Shown in pieces: positions 17,008-25,195 of a DNA stretch of 64,000 nt (its first letter is position 1; the number at the start of each line of letters is the position of its first letter). The notes under the pieces are model-generated. The model was not told the DNA's origin. It searched no databases and saw nothing but the letters and a program-made list of their open reading frames with translations. The stretch is from Patescibacteria group bacterium (GTDB lineage: Bacteria; Patescibacteriota; Patescibacteriia; Veblenbacterales; UBA10138), in assembly GCA_041645215.1 (NCBI GenBank), contig JBAZQK010000003.1:45723-109722 (forward strand). Direction: 5' to 3'. The position numbers and the translations under genes were made by a program.

Positions 17008-17526
17008 TTAATTTAAAATTAAACGACTTAAATCTTTATCCAACTTGCCTTTACGTTGCATAGTTTTTAAAACACTATACAGTTGTTTACGCTTTTTGCT
17101 ATCAAGCATTTTAATAATATCATCAAGTAATATTTCAGGCCAAAAATTCATCGGCGCGCGACGTTTCAAACTGGACATTAAACCATAAGTGTTAACTTTA
17201 TCTGACACAGGAGTATTGCGGCCCCGCTCAAACATAAGTCTAAATCCACTGCCCGCCTCCTCTAACCACAGATTAATTTTAGCTATTGTGCTGCTACTTA
17301 CTTTAACCTGCTTCATTATCTCACGATAACCCACTCCGGCTAATAATAGTTTGGCGACTTTTAGCCGCTTGGCCAACATGGTCAATTCAGCGCGGGTTAA
17401 AAGATCGCGAAAAACTTCAGCCGACTCGCTAAACCCGCGCATAGTTCCCAGTGAACGGAAAAAACCTAACAATAAAGCTTCCTCTTCATTTTTACCTAAA
17501 TTTTTATATTTGAATGTTCTAGCCAT
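17008..17526 (-). CDS. TrpR-like (YerC/YecD) helix-turn-helix protein
   Basis: FRDLLTRAELTMLAKRLKVAKLL..GYREI..VSSSTIAKINLWL. Confidence 0.85.
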   Translation of the reverse strand: MARTFKYKNLGKNEEEALLLGFFRSLGTMRGFSESAEVFRDLLTRAELTMLAKRLKVAKLLLAGVGYREIMKQVKVSSSTIAKINLWLEEAGSGFRLMFERGRNTPVSDKVNTYGLMSSLKRRAPMNFWPEILLDDIIKMLDSKKRKQLYSVLKTMQRKGKLDKDLSRLILN

Positions 17527-17586
17527 AAATTCACTGATTAATACTATTAACTAGCCCTTCTATTATACCCCGCCCGCCCTTAATAT

Positions 17587-17624
17587 TCAACTGCTTCGCT
17601 GCTCGCGAGCAGCGAAGCAGTTGA
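17587..17624. repeat. 38-bp perfect palindrome sharing a 30-bp core with 16956-16997
   Basis: TCAACTGCTTCGCTGCTCG|CGAGCAGCGAAGCAGTTGA. Confidence 0.95.
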
Positions 17625-17719
17625 TAAATAGAAATAGGATAAAAGGATAACTACTATTAATATTGACAAAAAACTGTTTATTAACCAAGATAGTAGCAAA
17701 AGAAAAAGGAAATTTAACA

Positions 17720-17932
17720 ATGAAATATTTGCTTTATATTGGCCTGTTGGTTACGACGGCTATTATAATAAGCTCGGCAGCTGTACTAATAATATGTATC
17801 AAGGCGTGCCGTCAGCCCCGCCCCAAGCCTAAAAACAAATTTAGTTTAATAAACAAATTGTTCGCCCAAAAAGGTGATGAACCTTTTGACGGCAACCCGG
17901 ACGAAATTTTAAAAAACAAAAATAACAAGTGA
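17720..17932 (+). CDS. Small single-pass membrane protein
   Basis: The track's TTG start 17663 is a TTGACA -35 box; ATG 17720 follows AAGGA; N-terminal TM helix. Confidence 0.6.
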   Translation: MKYLLYIGLLVTTAIIISSAAVLIICIKACRQPRPKPKNKFSLINKLFAQKGDEPFDGNPDEILKNKNNK

Positions 17933-17939
17933 GATAACC

Positions 17940-18440
17940 ATGGAATTATCATTCATACCTGCAACATTACTGGCCTACGGTCTGGCTATGTTCCTACTAA
18001 TATGGTGGAATAAAAGACACCGAATCAAATTCCAACCATATTGTAGCTACAATCTTCAAAATGAAGAGGATGAAGAGTCAACAACTGACAAAAACACAGC
18101 CGTAAATTCCACAACTCTGGCAGCGGCGGAAGATTTATCTAGCTCCCCTCCTCCCACATCTGATGAAGAAGAATTAGACGAATTATATATTATGGATACT
18201 CCTAAGGTTAACGAAGAAGACAAAAACAGGCGATTAAACATCATACTTGAAGAGCAAGATTACCTGGACGATTTGGCGGGTAGAAAAACTGTCTCAAAAA
18301 TCAGCATTAAAGATATACTTCGGGCATTACTTCAAAACCGAACTGTAAAAATTGTTTTACTCATAATCGGCGCGTTGACACTATTTACCGGATTGGTTGC
18401 TCTTACCATAATTACCGGCAGAAATAGCTGGTTTGGATAA
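17940..18440 (+). CDS. Membrane protein with acidic linker between N- and C-terminal TM helices
   Basis: Two hydrophobic segments; downstream hairpin ~18495-18520. Confidence 0.65.
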   Translation: MELSFIPATLLAYGLAMFLLIWWNKRHRIKFQPYCSYNLQNEEDEESTTDKNTAVNSTTLAAAEDLSSSPPPTSDEEELDELYIMDTPKVNEEDKNRRLNIILEEQDYLDDLAGRKTVSKISIKDILRALLQNRTVKIVLLIIGALTLFTGLVALTIITGRNSWFG

Positions 18441-18563
18441 ATAAAAACCGGACGTAAAATTTGAAAACACAAAATAATTCCGACAAATTTGCTACCCTCT
18501 GGCCCTTATGGTTGGAGGGAATTTTATTACCCAGAGAAAAAACATTTAACTAACGCTCGTCAC

Positions 18564-18603
18564 CTACGGGGATTTTTGTCCAGCTGGACAAAAATCCCTG
18601 TAG
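18564..18603. repeat. 40-bp near-perfect palindrome between convergent genes
   Basis: CTACGGGGATTTTTGTCCAG|CTGGACAAAAATCCCTGTAG (one mismatch). Confidence 0.85.
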
Positions 18604-18719
18604 TGTAAATAGATTATAAAAACCTACAACTCCACTGGTAAATTTAAGACAAATAAAAGAAGCCACGACCAGAGTAATTAACAAACGGTGCGGCTTCAAA
18701 TTTTTGTGAACAACTTAAA

Positions 18720-19166
18720 CTATAAATTTTGAAAAACTGTTTTTAGAGTGACTAAATAATTGTTTTTGTCTTTTTGAGCTTCCTTGGCTGTTTCTTTTGT
18801 CTTGGTTAAAAGATTCTTTATCCGCTTACTTAGCCAAGCAAACGAATAAAAAATTATAACCAACCCACCGAAAATGTACATAAGCATATCAAATAGACGT
18901 GACAATAACCACGCCCAGCTGGATAATCCTTCTAGTATCAACCCGCGAGTTACCGGATATAAACAGGCAATGATAACCAAAAGAATAAACCAATCAAAAA
19001 TAGTGGGAAGACCAATTAGGTCCAGCAGAGATGGCCAAGGAACAACTACCTGATTTGCTGGAGAATCACTCACGTTGTTTCTAATAATAATTAGCATATC
19101 CAACGTGAAAAACATTACAACGAGAAAAAGAACCATAGAAAGCAATTTTTTAATTAGCTTTTTCAT
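18720..19166 (-). CDS. Hypothetical membrane protein (about 3 TM)
   Basis: Hydrophobic segments; promoter TTGACA-17-TATATT at 19252-19224. Confidence 0.65.
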   Translation of the reverse strand: MKKLIKKLLSMVLFLVVMFFTLDMLIIIRNNVSDSPANQVVVPWPSLLDLIGLPTIFDWFILLVIIACLYPVTRGLILEGLSSWAWLLSRLFDMLMYIFGGLVIIFYSFAWLSKRIKNLLTKTKETAKEAQKDKNNYLVTLKTVFQNL

Positions 19167-19367
19167 TTTAATCCCTTTGGGTTGTTTTTATTTTTGATTA
19201 TTTTTCTACTTTTTTAACTATTTAATATACTCCTTAAATTTGATTTTGTCAAGGGGTTGGAGAGGAATATGGCTTAAATAAGGCCTAAACTAGGGCTAGC
19301 TTATTATACTCCTCTGCTCTCGACTAAGCTAATCTACTCCCAGCTAAGCTAATTGAACGCTATGGGC

Positions 19368-19395
19368 TTGACAAATCCTGCAGTTTTGCTATGAT
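19368..19395 (+). promoter_or_regulatory. Sigma70 promoter with extended -10
   Basis: TTGACA-16 nt-TATGAT preceded by TG. Confidence 0.6.
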
Positions 19396-19681
19396 GATAC
19401 GTTATAGTTTTTTACTCGCGAACCTTAAAAACCACAGTATTTGTCATTCTGAACAAAGTGAAGAATCTCTTATTTGGGTTCCCCCCGATCCTTCGCTCCG
19501 CTCAGGATGACAATAACTAAATAGTAGTAAATAAACTAGCTACATTATTTTATTGTAGCTAATCGCTCCAGGGGCATATTCTAGCTGTTCACGCGAAAAC
19601 AGCTTCTTACAAATGCCCGGCAGCCGGAGCGATGAAATTCAAAACCCGACCTTCTGCCGGTTGGGGAAATAGGAGTCAAAG

Positions 19682-20221
19682 TTGAAAAAATTAACATTAA
19701 TCTTCGTGGCTATCATATTGATAGCATTCTCTGGCCAAACATTTGGCCAAGAAACAACCACTAACAAAGCCGTAAGGGTTTATGTTGGATATTTCGGGGT
19801 TGTGGGGCCAGAATCTCATCATGGCCCAAGCGCATACTTCAGTTTTCCGCTTAATAAAATGAAACTTCGTCTGGGTTTCTTCGGGCGATCAGTTGCTTGG
19901 GGTACATATGAATCCCGCGGAGGCTTTATCCAACTTTCAAAATTGATAAGCCACCCTGAATCAGATATCAAATTCCGTCTTAATCTTGAAACCACATTCA
20001 GTGCTGAAAATTTAGTTGGAGAGACAGATTTGCCGCATAAGATGGTTACTGTTACTGGCGGCGGATCAATAGTCTTTGATCCAGTAAAAAATTTCAGCAT
20101 TGAATTCAGTTCTGGCATTGGCTATGGAACAATGGTGAGTTTACCAAAAAACTCCTTAGTAAACTCTAACAAAACATCAGTGGCATTATCACTGTCATTA
20201 TCTGCCTCGTATTTTTTCTGA
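19682..20221 (+). CDS. Secreted beta-strand-rich protein resembling a small outer-membrane beta-barrel
   Basis: AGGAG SD, signal peptide MKKLTLIFVAIILIAFSGQTFG, alternating amphipathic strands, C-terminus LSLSASYFF. Confidence 0.6.
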   Translation: MKKLTLIFVAIILIAFSGQTFGQETTTNKAVRVYVGYFGVVGPESHHGPSAYFSFPLNKMKLRLGFFGRSVAWGTYESRGGFIQLSKLISHPESDIKFRLNLETTFSAENLVGETDLPHKMVTVTGGGSIVFDPVKNFSIEFSSGIGYGTMVSLPKNSLVNSNKTSVALSLSLSASYFF

Positions 20222-20259
20222 GAATAATAAAACAATATTAACAAATATCGGAGAATAAA

Positions 20260-21015
20260 ATGAATCCTTACATCGTAATCGGAATTGTATTAGTAGTAAT
20301 TGGCGTTGTTGCTCTATATTTTCGCAATAGAAGAAACAACGGCAGAACAGTCACAACAACTGAAAACGTACAAGTTACACCACAACCACAACGGGTTCCT
20401 CTAAACATTGTATCTACTGTCACATTTGCAGACGATCCTAATAACCAACGCACAAATCATGATTGGTTAAGATATCTACTCTATGCAATATTGGCGATAG
20501 CTCTACTAATTGGCGGATATTACCTATTATCTAGCGGCAGTAATAATGACGAACAGTTGGCAAAAATTGAAAAAAAGGTTGATAACGCAAATATCTCAAT
20601 AGCTAATCTGCAAGACAGTTTAAGTCAGCATGATAAAAATGGTAAAACTGGTGGTAAAAATATTGTCAATGCTGTAAATATTGTCGGTGAGCAAGTTACA
20701 AATCAGAATACACTTCTCACTGGTATAAACAAAACAGTTAATCAAAATACCGGCACATTGAAAAACATATCTAATAAGTTAACCGAAATTGACAAGCAAA
20801 TCAAATTACTTGCAGGCGATCAGCAAACTATGTTTGCTAAATATCAGGTATTTATGGCTGAACTAAGAAAATTAAACTCAGACCCAAATGCCACAGCTGA
20901 ACAATTAAGCAAACTCAGCAACAAAATTGATGATCTAAAAGAACAGATCAATAATCTTGAAGTCAAAATTAATAATCTGGAAACATCAAAAAAACAATTA
21001 CAAGACAACGGCTAA
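20260..21015 (+). CDS. Membrane-anchored coiled-coil protein
   Basis: GGAG SD, two TM helices, long heptad-like C-terminus. Confidence 0.7.
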   Translation: MNPYIVIGIVLVVIGVVALYFRNRRNNGRTVTTTENVQVTPQPQRVPLNIVSTVTFADDPNNQRTNHDWLRYLLYAILAIALLIGGYYLLSSGSNNDEQLAKIEKKVDNANISIANLQDSLSQHDKNGKTGGKNIVNAVNIVGEQVTNQNTLLTGINKTVNQNTGTLKNISNKLTEIDKQIKLLAGDQQTMFAKYQVFMAELRKLNSDPNATAEQLSKLSNKIDDLKEQINNLEVKINNLETSKKQLQDNG

Positions 21016-21058
21016 CACGCTGCTTGTCACAACTATTTGTAGAGCCTGAACACCGGCT

Positions 21059-24000
21059 CTACTTTTTTTTGTTCAAAAAATCTTTATCCTGTTCAATTAA
21101 CTTATTAGCTCTTAATTTAGCCTGAAACTTAGCATCATCTTCTTCAAGAAGATTAGCCTTATTCTTAGCTGCTAAATATTCAGCACCTGCTTTATTATTG
21201 GCATTCAATTGAGCCTCAATTTTAGCTTCTTCAAAAATTCCTTTTCCATAAGATTTATCAGCTAATACAACTTGATGTTTTATATATTCACCGTAAATTT
21301 TAGCCTCTTCTAAATGACCACTCTTAACCAAAGATTCATGAATCTTTAAGTCATTATGTAAAACCCTGGCTGTCATTTGAACTTGTTGACTTAAAAAACC
21401 TGGATCCTTATGAATAAACACACCATTACTTCCTCTTTGATGTATAACCTCCATAAACTTATCCGCCAAGGCAACTTCTTGCAAGTCTTTAGTAAAAACT
21501 CCACCTTGCATCATTCCATTAAAAGTTGTTTTAAGGTTTCCCTTATTATCATAATCCATAATCAATTTACCACCATTAACTGAAATTTCTTTATGAGTCG
21601 GGACGGTTTCTAAATTTTGAGATAATTCTGTACCTGCTTTTTGCCCAGCCAATTTAGAACCCTCCAATACTTGGCTTTGACTTGCTATACCCTTAGTACC
21701 AGTTACCCTACTTAACTCCTCGCCCACGGTGCCGGATTTACCAGTATAATCAGCGCCTAAGGTTTTATGCAAATACTCATAAACCTTGTCACCGCCGCCG
21801 TCGGATAAGCCAAATAGCTTGCTGGTGTGGTCTATAATATTACTTTCGGTAGCATCACCGCACTTTAAGCTTAAAATATAATCAGCGTTATTCTCGCCGA
21901 CGGTTGATTTAATCCCATTATATAAAGCGTACTCCTGGGCATACTGGCCGGTTAATTTGTTGAGCGAACTGCTTAACGCCTGCATACTAAACTGATCCTT
22001 GGCTAGGGGCGCGTTTAACTGTTCACCCGACAACGGTGATTTAAGATTAGTAACTAACTCGCCGCCCACCACATCAGCTTTAAAACCACCCGGCATACTA
22101 GCCTTACCGTCGTGAACCAGTTCCAGCCAGCTGTTCGGCTTATTGGCATAAGTATGAACATCCGCCATATTGATATTGGCAAAACCCTGATTACGCAAAG
22201 ATTTAAACGCCGCGTAATCCATACCAGCTTCGGTTGAAGACAATGATTTATAATTTTCTTTTAGAAAATCCTTAAAGTCAGTTTCGTGGAAATAACCAGC
22301 CCGGCCATTAACGACTTTATCTATAACGCTTAAGTTTTCAGTTTGGGCCGCGGTTAAATTGCCCTTGCTTAATAAATCCACCCCGGCCCAGCGGGCCATT
22401 TCCGCTTGGTAGCCTAGAGGTAACTTATCGCCGGAACGGGGCAAGTTGTCAGAAATAACTGTTAAATTTTTATCTATCACGGCAAATTTATTATGAGCGT
22501 CAACTAATTGTTGTGTCACACTACGGTGGTCGTCAGCTAAAAACCGTACGGTATCAACCGAATTATTCTGCCTATCCAACAAAGTCGCATAACTCAACCT
22601 GCCGGTAAAAGGGCTGTCGCCTAACTTGGTCTCTCCGGCCCACATACGCAAATCAGAATTAGAAAAATGTTCGGTTCCATCGGGTAGGTCGCTATCGTAA
22701 TGCACCATAGTGTAACGCGAATGCTCGCTGCCATCGAGTGAACTAAACACTTCCCATTTGTTATTCAATAACGGATTAACATCAACTTTAGGCTGAACTG
22801 ATGGAATATCTACACCCGCGCCACCACTTCCCTTAGCCACATGTTGATACAAATCTTCCTTAGCCAAGCCTTCGCCAAATTTATAATGCCATTTACCGTC
22901 ACTGCCTTGTTCTAATAAAACCTTATCGCCGATGGCGCCGGATTTAAGACGCAAATCATAAGCCTGGCCGCCAGAAGTAACTCCAGCCACAGCCTTATCG
23001 CCAACTTGAGTATTTAAGGCCGCTTCATGAGCTAATTTACCGGCAAAAGATTTAACTGCTTTGATATCTTGCAAATCACCGGCATAACCAAATTTGCGCG
23101 GGTCATCCATAATTTGTTGAATGCCCTTGGTTTCAATGCCCTGGCCTTCAGCCACAGTCGTGATAACTGAATCTTTAGCCAAGTGCGCGCTAATTTCCTC
23201 GGCTGAAGGAACTTTTTGGCCAGCAAACATATCCTGGTACTCGCTCATAAAAGCCCGCCATTCGTCCGGCCCCCATTGACCACTGGCCTTAACGCCGCCG
23301 AAACTATGTTCCAAATTATGCAAATAATCAACCAAACCACTAACTTGTCCGGCTGGCCAGTTTGACACATTGGGAATCTTGCCAAAAAATTTAGCCGACA
23401 AACGATCAATTTCCTGGCCATATTGTAGTAATTGCTCCTGGGTTAAACCACTGGCACCTACATTTCCAGAACCAGTCACCTCCTGCACACCCTTGCCAAT
23501 TATTTTACCAAGTAAACCAGCGCCGACCGCTACTCCAAAAGCGGCTGACAGAGTAGCTCGCGCCACAGCTTTATTTCTGGCCTGGGCTTTAACTGAAGCA
23601 AAAGTTTCATCTAATTCCTCAATTTCCGCCTTTATTACCTCATCGGTAACCTTGCCTTGTTTTATTTCTGTCTCCAACCTCTCTTTATATTGTTCCTTTA
23701 ATGCCTGGTAAGCTTCATTCTTACTAACATCTTCGTGTTTTTTTCTGGCTGACAATTCAAAATGCTGCAAACGCAATCTTAATTCATCTTTACTTAAATT
23801 AACTATTTCTTCAGCCTTTAATTCGCTCTCCTTGCCTTTGGTTTTGGCCCAATGTTCACTCAAGCCTTTGGTACCTTCGTGCACACCAATAGCCGAAGAC
23901 GCCCCGCTAAAGATACGCCTAAATCCTAACAGGCCGGCCGAAGTTAAACCGGCTCCCATAGTAGCCGCGCCCACGCCGGCACCAAACAAACCCACCCCGA

Positions 24001-24763
24001 TTAATGTTCTGGCCGAAACCGTACGCATTAAAAACTTGCCAAATTTGGTTTTAGCCTGATGGCCTGTCCATTTTTCAAGATTTTGGTCACCCAGCCACTT
24101 ATAACCTTGTTTCACTTTTTCCCAGACTTTATGCCGCTGCTGCAGGTCTGAATATTCCTGGGTTTCTTGATAAGCCGCTACCGCTTTATCATAATCAAAA
24201 ATTTTACCTAGAACTTTTTGAGTGCCATCTGGCAGACTTTCCGTTAAGTCTTCCTGAAAACTTCCCGCGGGTTGTTTAGCCACCCACTGTTTAAATAAAT
24301 CAGGGTTAATGCCCAGCGCCAGAGTGCGCTCCAGGCGCGAATCTTCATACAAAAACCGGCGAATGCTGTTTTTATTATAGTCAGCTCGCTTGGTTTCATA
24401 AAACTTTTTAGCCACCGCGTATTCATCCCTTAAACCCGTCTTGGTCTTCTTGTCCTCCAGGGCGGCATATTTTTCCCGCGCTTGATTAAACTCAGTCAAG
24501 GACTGGCGTAGTTGATGGATTTTTTGCGTTTTTAAATCGCGTTCAATCACTTCTTTCTCCGGAGCTATGGCTGACGCCGTGCCTTGATAGCGTTCATTAT
24601 AAAATTGCTTATCCTCGGCGGTCCAGTCTTCAATTTTTTTATCTCGCAACGCTTCCAACTTCTTAATATCATCAGCACTTAAAACGCGTTTACCTTCAGG
24701 AATATTTTCCCAAGGATTAGGCGTCTTAAGATGGGGCGGTGGCGGGACATTCATATTGACCAT
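21059..24763 (-). CDS. Large CPR-type protein with coiled coils and Gly/Ala-rich hydrophobic hairpins
   Basis: 1234-aa ORF; LIGVGLFGAGVGAATMGAGL and AAFGVAVGAGLLG segments. Confidence 0.75.
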   Translation of the reverse strand: MVNMNVPPPPHLKTPNPWENIPEGKRVLSADDIKKLEALRDKKIEDWTAEDKQFYNERYQGTASAIAPEKEVIERDLKTQKIHQLRQSLTEFNQAREKYAALEDKKTKTGLRDEYAVAKKFYETKRADYNKNSIRRFLYEDSRLERTLALGINPDLFKQWVAKQPAGSFQEDLTESLPDGTQKVLGKIFDYDKAVAAYQETQEYSDLQQRHKVWEKVKQGYKWLGDQNLEKWTGHQAKTKFGKFLMRTVSARTLIGVGLFGAGVGAATMGAGLTSAGLLGFRRIFSGASSAIGVHEGTKGLSEHWAKTKGKESELKAEEIVNLSKDELRLRLQHFELSARKKHEDVSKNEAYQALKEQYKERLETEIKQGKVTDEVIKAEIEELDETFASVKAQARNKAVARATLSAAFGVAVGAGLLGKIIGKGVQEVTGSGNVGASGLTQEQLLQYGQEIDRLSAKFFGKIPNVSNWPAGQVSGLVDYLHNLEHSFGGVKASGQWGPDEWRAFMSEYQDMFAGQKVPSAEEISAHLAKDSVITTVAEGQGIETKGIQQIMDDPRKFGYAGDLQDIKAVKSFAGKLAHEAALNTQVGDKAVAGVTSGGQAYDLRLKSGAIGDKVLLEQGSDGKWHYKFGEGLAKEDLYQHVAKGSGGAGVDIPSVQPKVDVNPLLNNKWEVFSSLDGSEHSRYTMVHYDSDLPDGTEHFSNSDLRMWAGETKLGDSPFTGRLSYATLLDRQNNSVDTVRFLADDHRSVTQQLVDAHNKFAVIDKNLTVISDNLPRSGDKLPLGYQAEMARWAGVDLLSKGNLTAAQTENLSVIDKVVNGRAGYFHETDFKDFLKENYKSLSSTEAGMDYAAFKSLRNQGFANINMADVHTYANKPNSWLELVHDGKASMPGGFKADVVGGELVTNLKSPLSGEQLNAPLAKDQFSMQALSSSLNKLTGQYAQEYALYNGIKSTVGENNADYILSLKCGDATESNIIDHTSKLFGLSDGGGDKVYEYLHKTLGADYTGKSGTVGEELSRVTGTKGIASQSQVLEGSKLAGQKAGTELSQNLETVPTHKEISVNGGKLIMDYDNKGNLKTTFNGMMQGGVFTKDLQEVALADKFMEVIHQRGSNGVFIHKDPGFLSQQVQMTARVLHNDLKIHESLVKSGHLEEAKIYGEYIKHQVVLADKSYGKGIFEEAKIEAQLNANNKAGAEYLAAKNKANLLEEDDAKFQAKLRANKLIEQDKDFLNKKK

Positions 24764-24780
24764 ATACTATTTAAAAATAA

Positions 24781-25119
24781 TTAAGCGGCGCGAGCCGAAA
24801 CCAAGCCGCTTAATTCCATTTTCAAAATCTCGACTTCTTCTAAAAGCATCTCCAAACTTTCCGGAATATATTGGTTAAGAACCTCCAACTTTTCGTCTAT
24901 GCCGGATTGCAACAATTTAGTTTGGTCAAGTTCTGGAATTTGCGCCAAGCGTTGCGCAATTCGCCTAAGCCAACGTTGTTCTACGGTATTGCAAAGTTCC
25001 TCCAGTAAAACAGCCTTATCATCTGGCGATAAGGCTTGCAAACTAAAACTATCCCACAAATCATCCTTCAGCATCTGCGCAACATTTTTGTCAGCTGATT
25101 TTTTGGCTGATTTTACCAT
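24781..25119 (-). CDS. Small helical CPR protein (DUF5663-like)
   Basis: Resemblance from memory (LQALSPDDKAVLLEEL..IPESLEMLLEEV); promoter TTGACA-17-TATAAT at 25187-25159. Confidence 0.55.
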   Translation of the reverse strand: MVKSAKKSADKNVAQMLKDDLWDSFSLQALSPDDKAVLLEELCNTVEQRWLRRIAQRLAQIPELDQTKLLQSGIDEKLEVLNQYIPESLEMLLEEVEILKMELSGLVSARAA

Positions 25120-25195
25120 AAATCATTGATTAGTTCTCGGTAGTAATTTTAACATACTATTATAATGCAGAAATCATCGCTTGTCAATCCTAAAA

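Noticed and set aside
11070-18460. Shared ccggac(g)taaa motif after the stops of two orphan operons (11075, 18448)
   Set aside because: Too short to distinguish from chance
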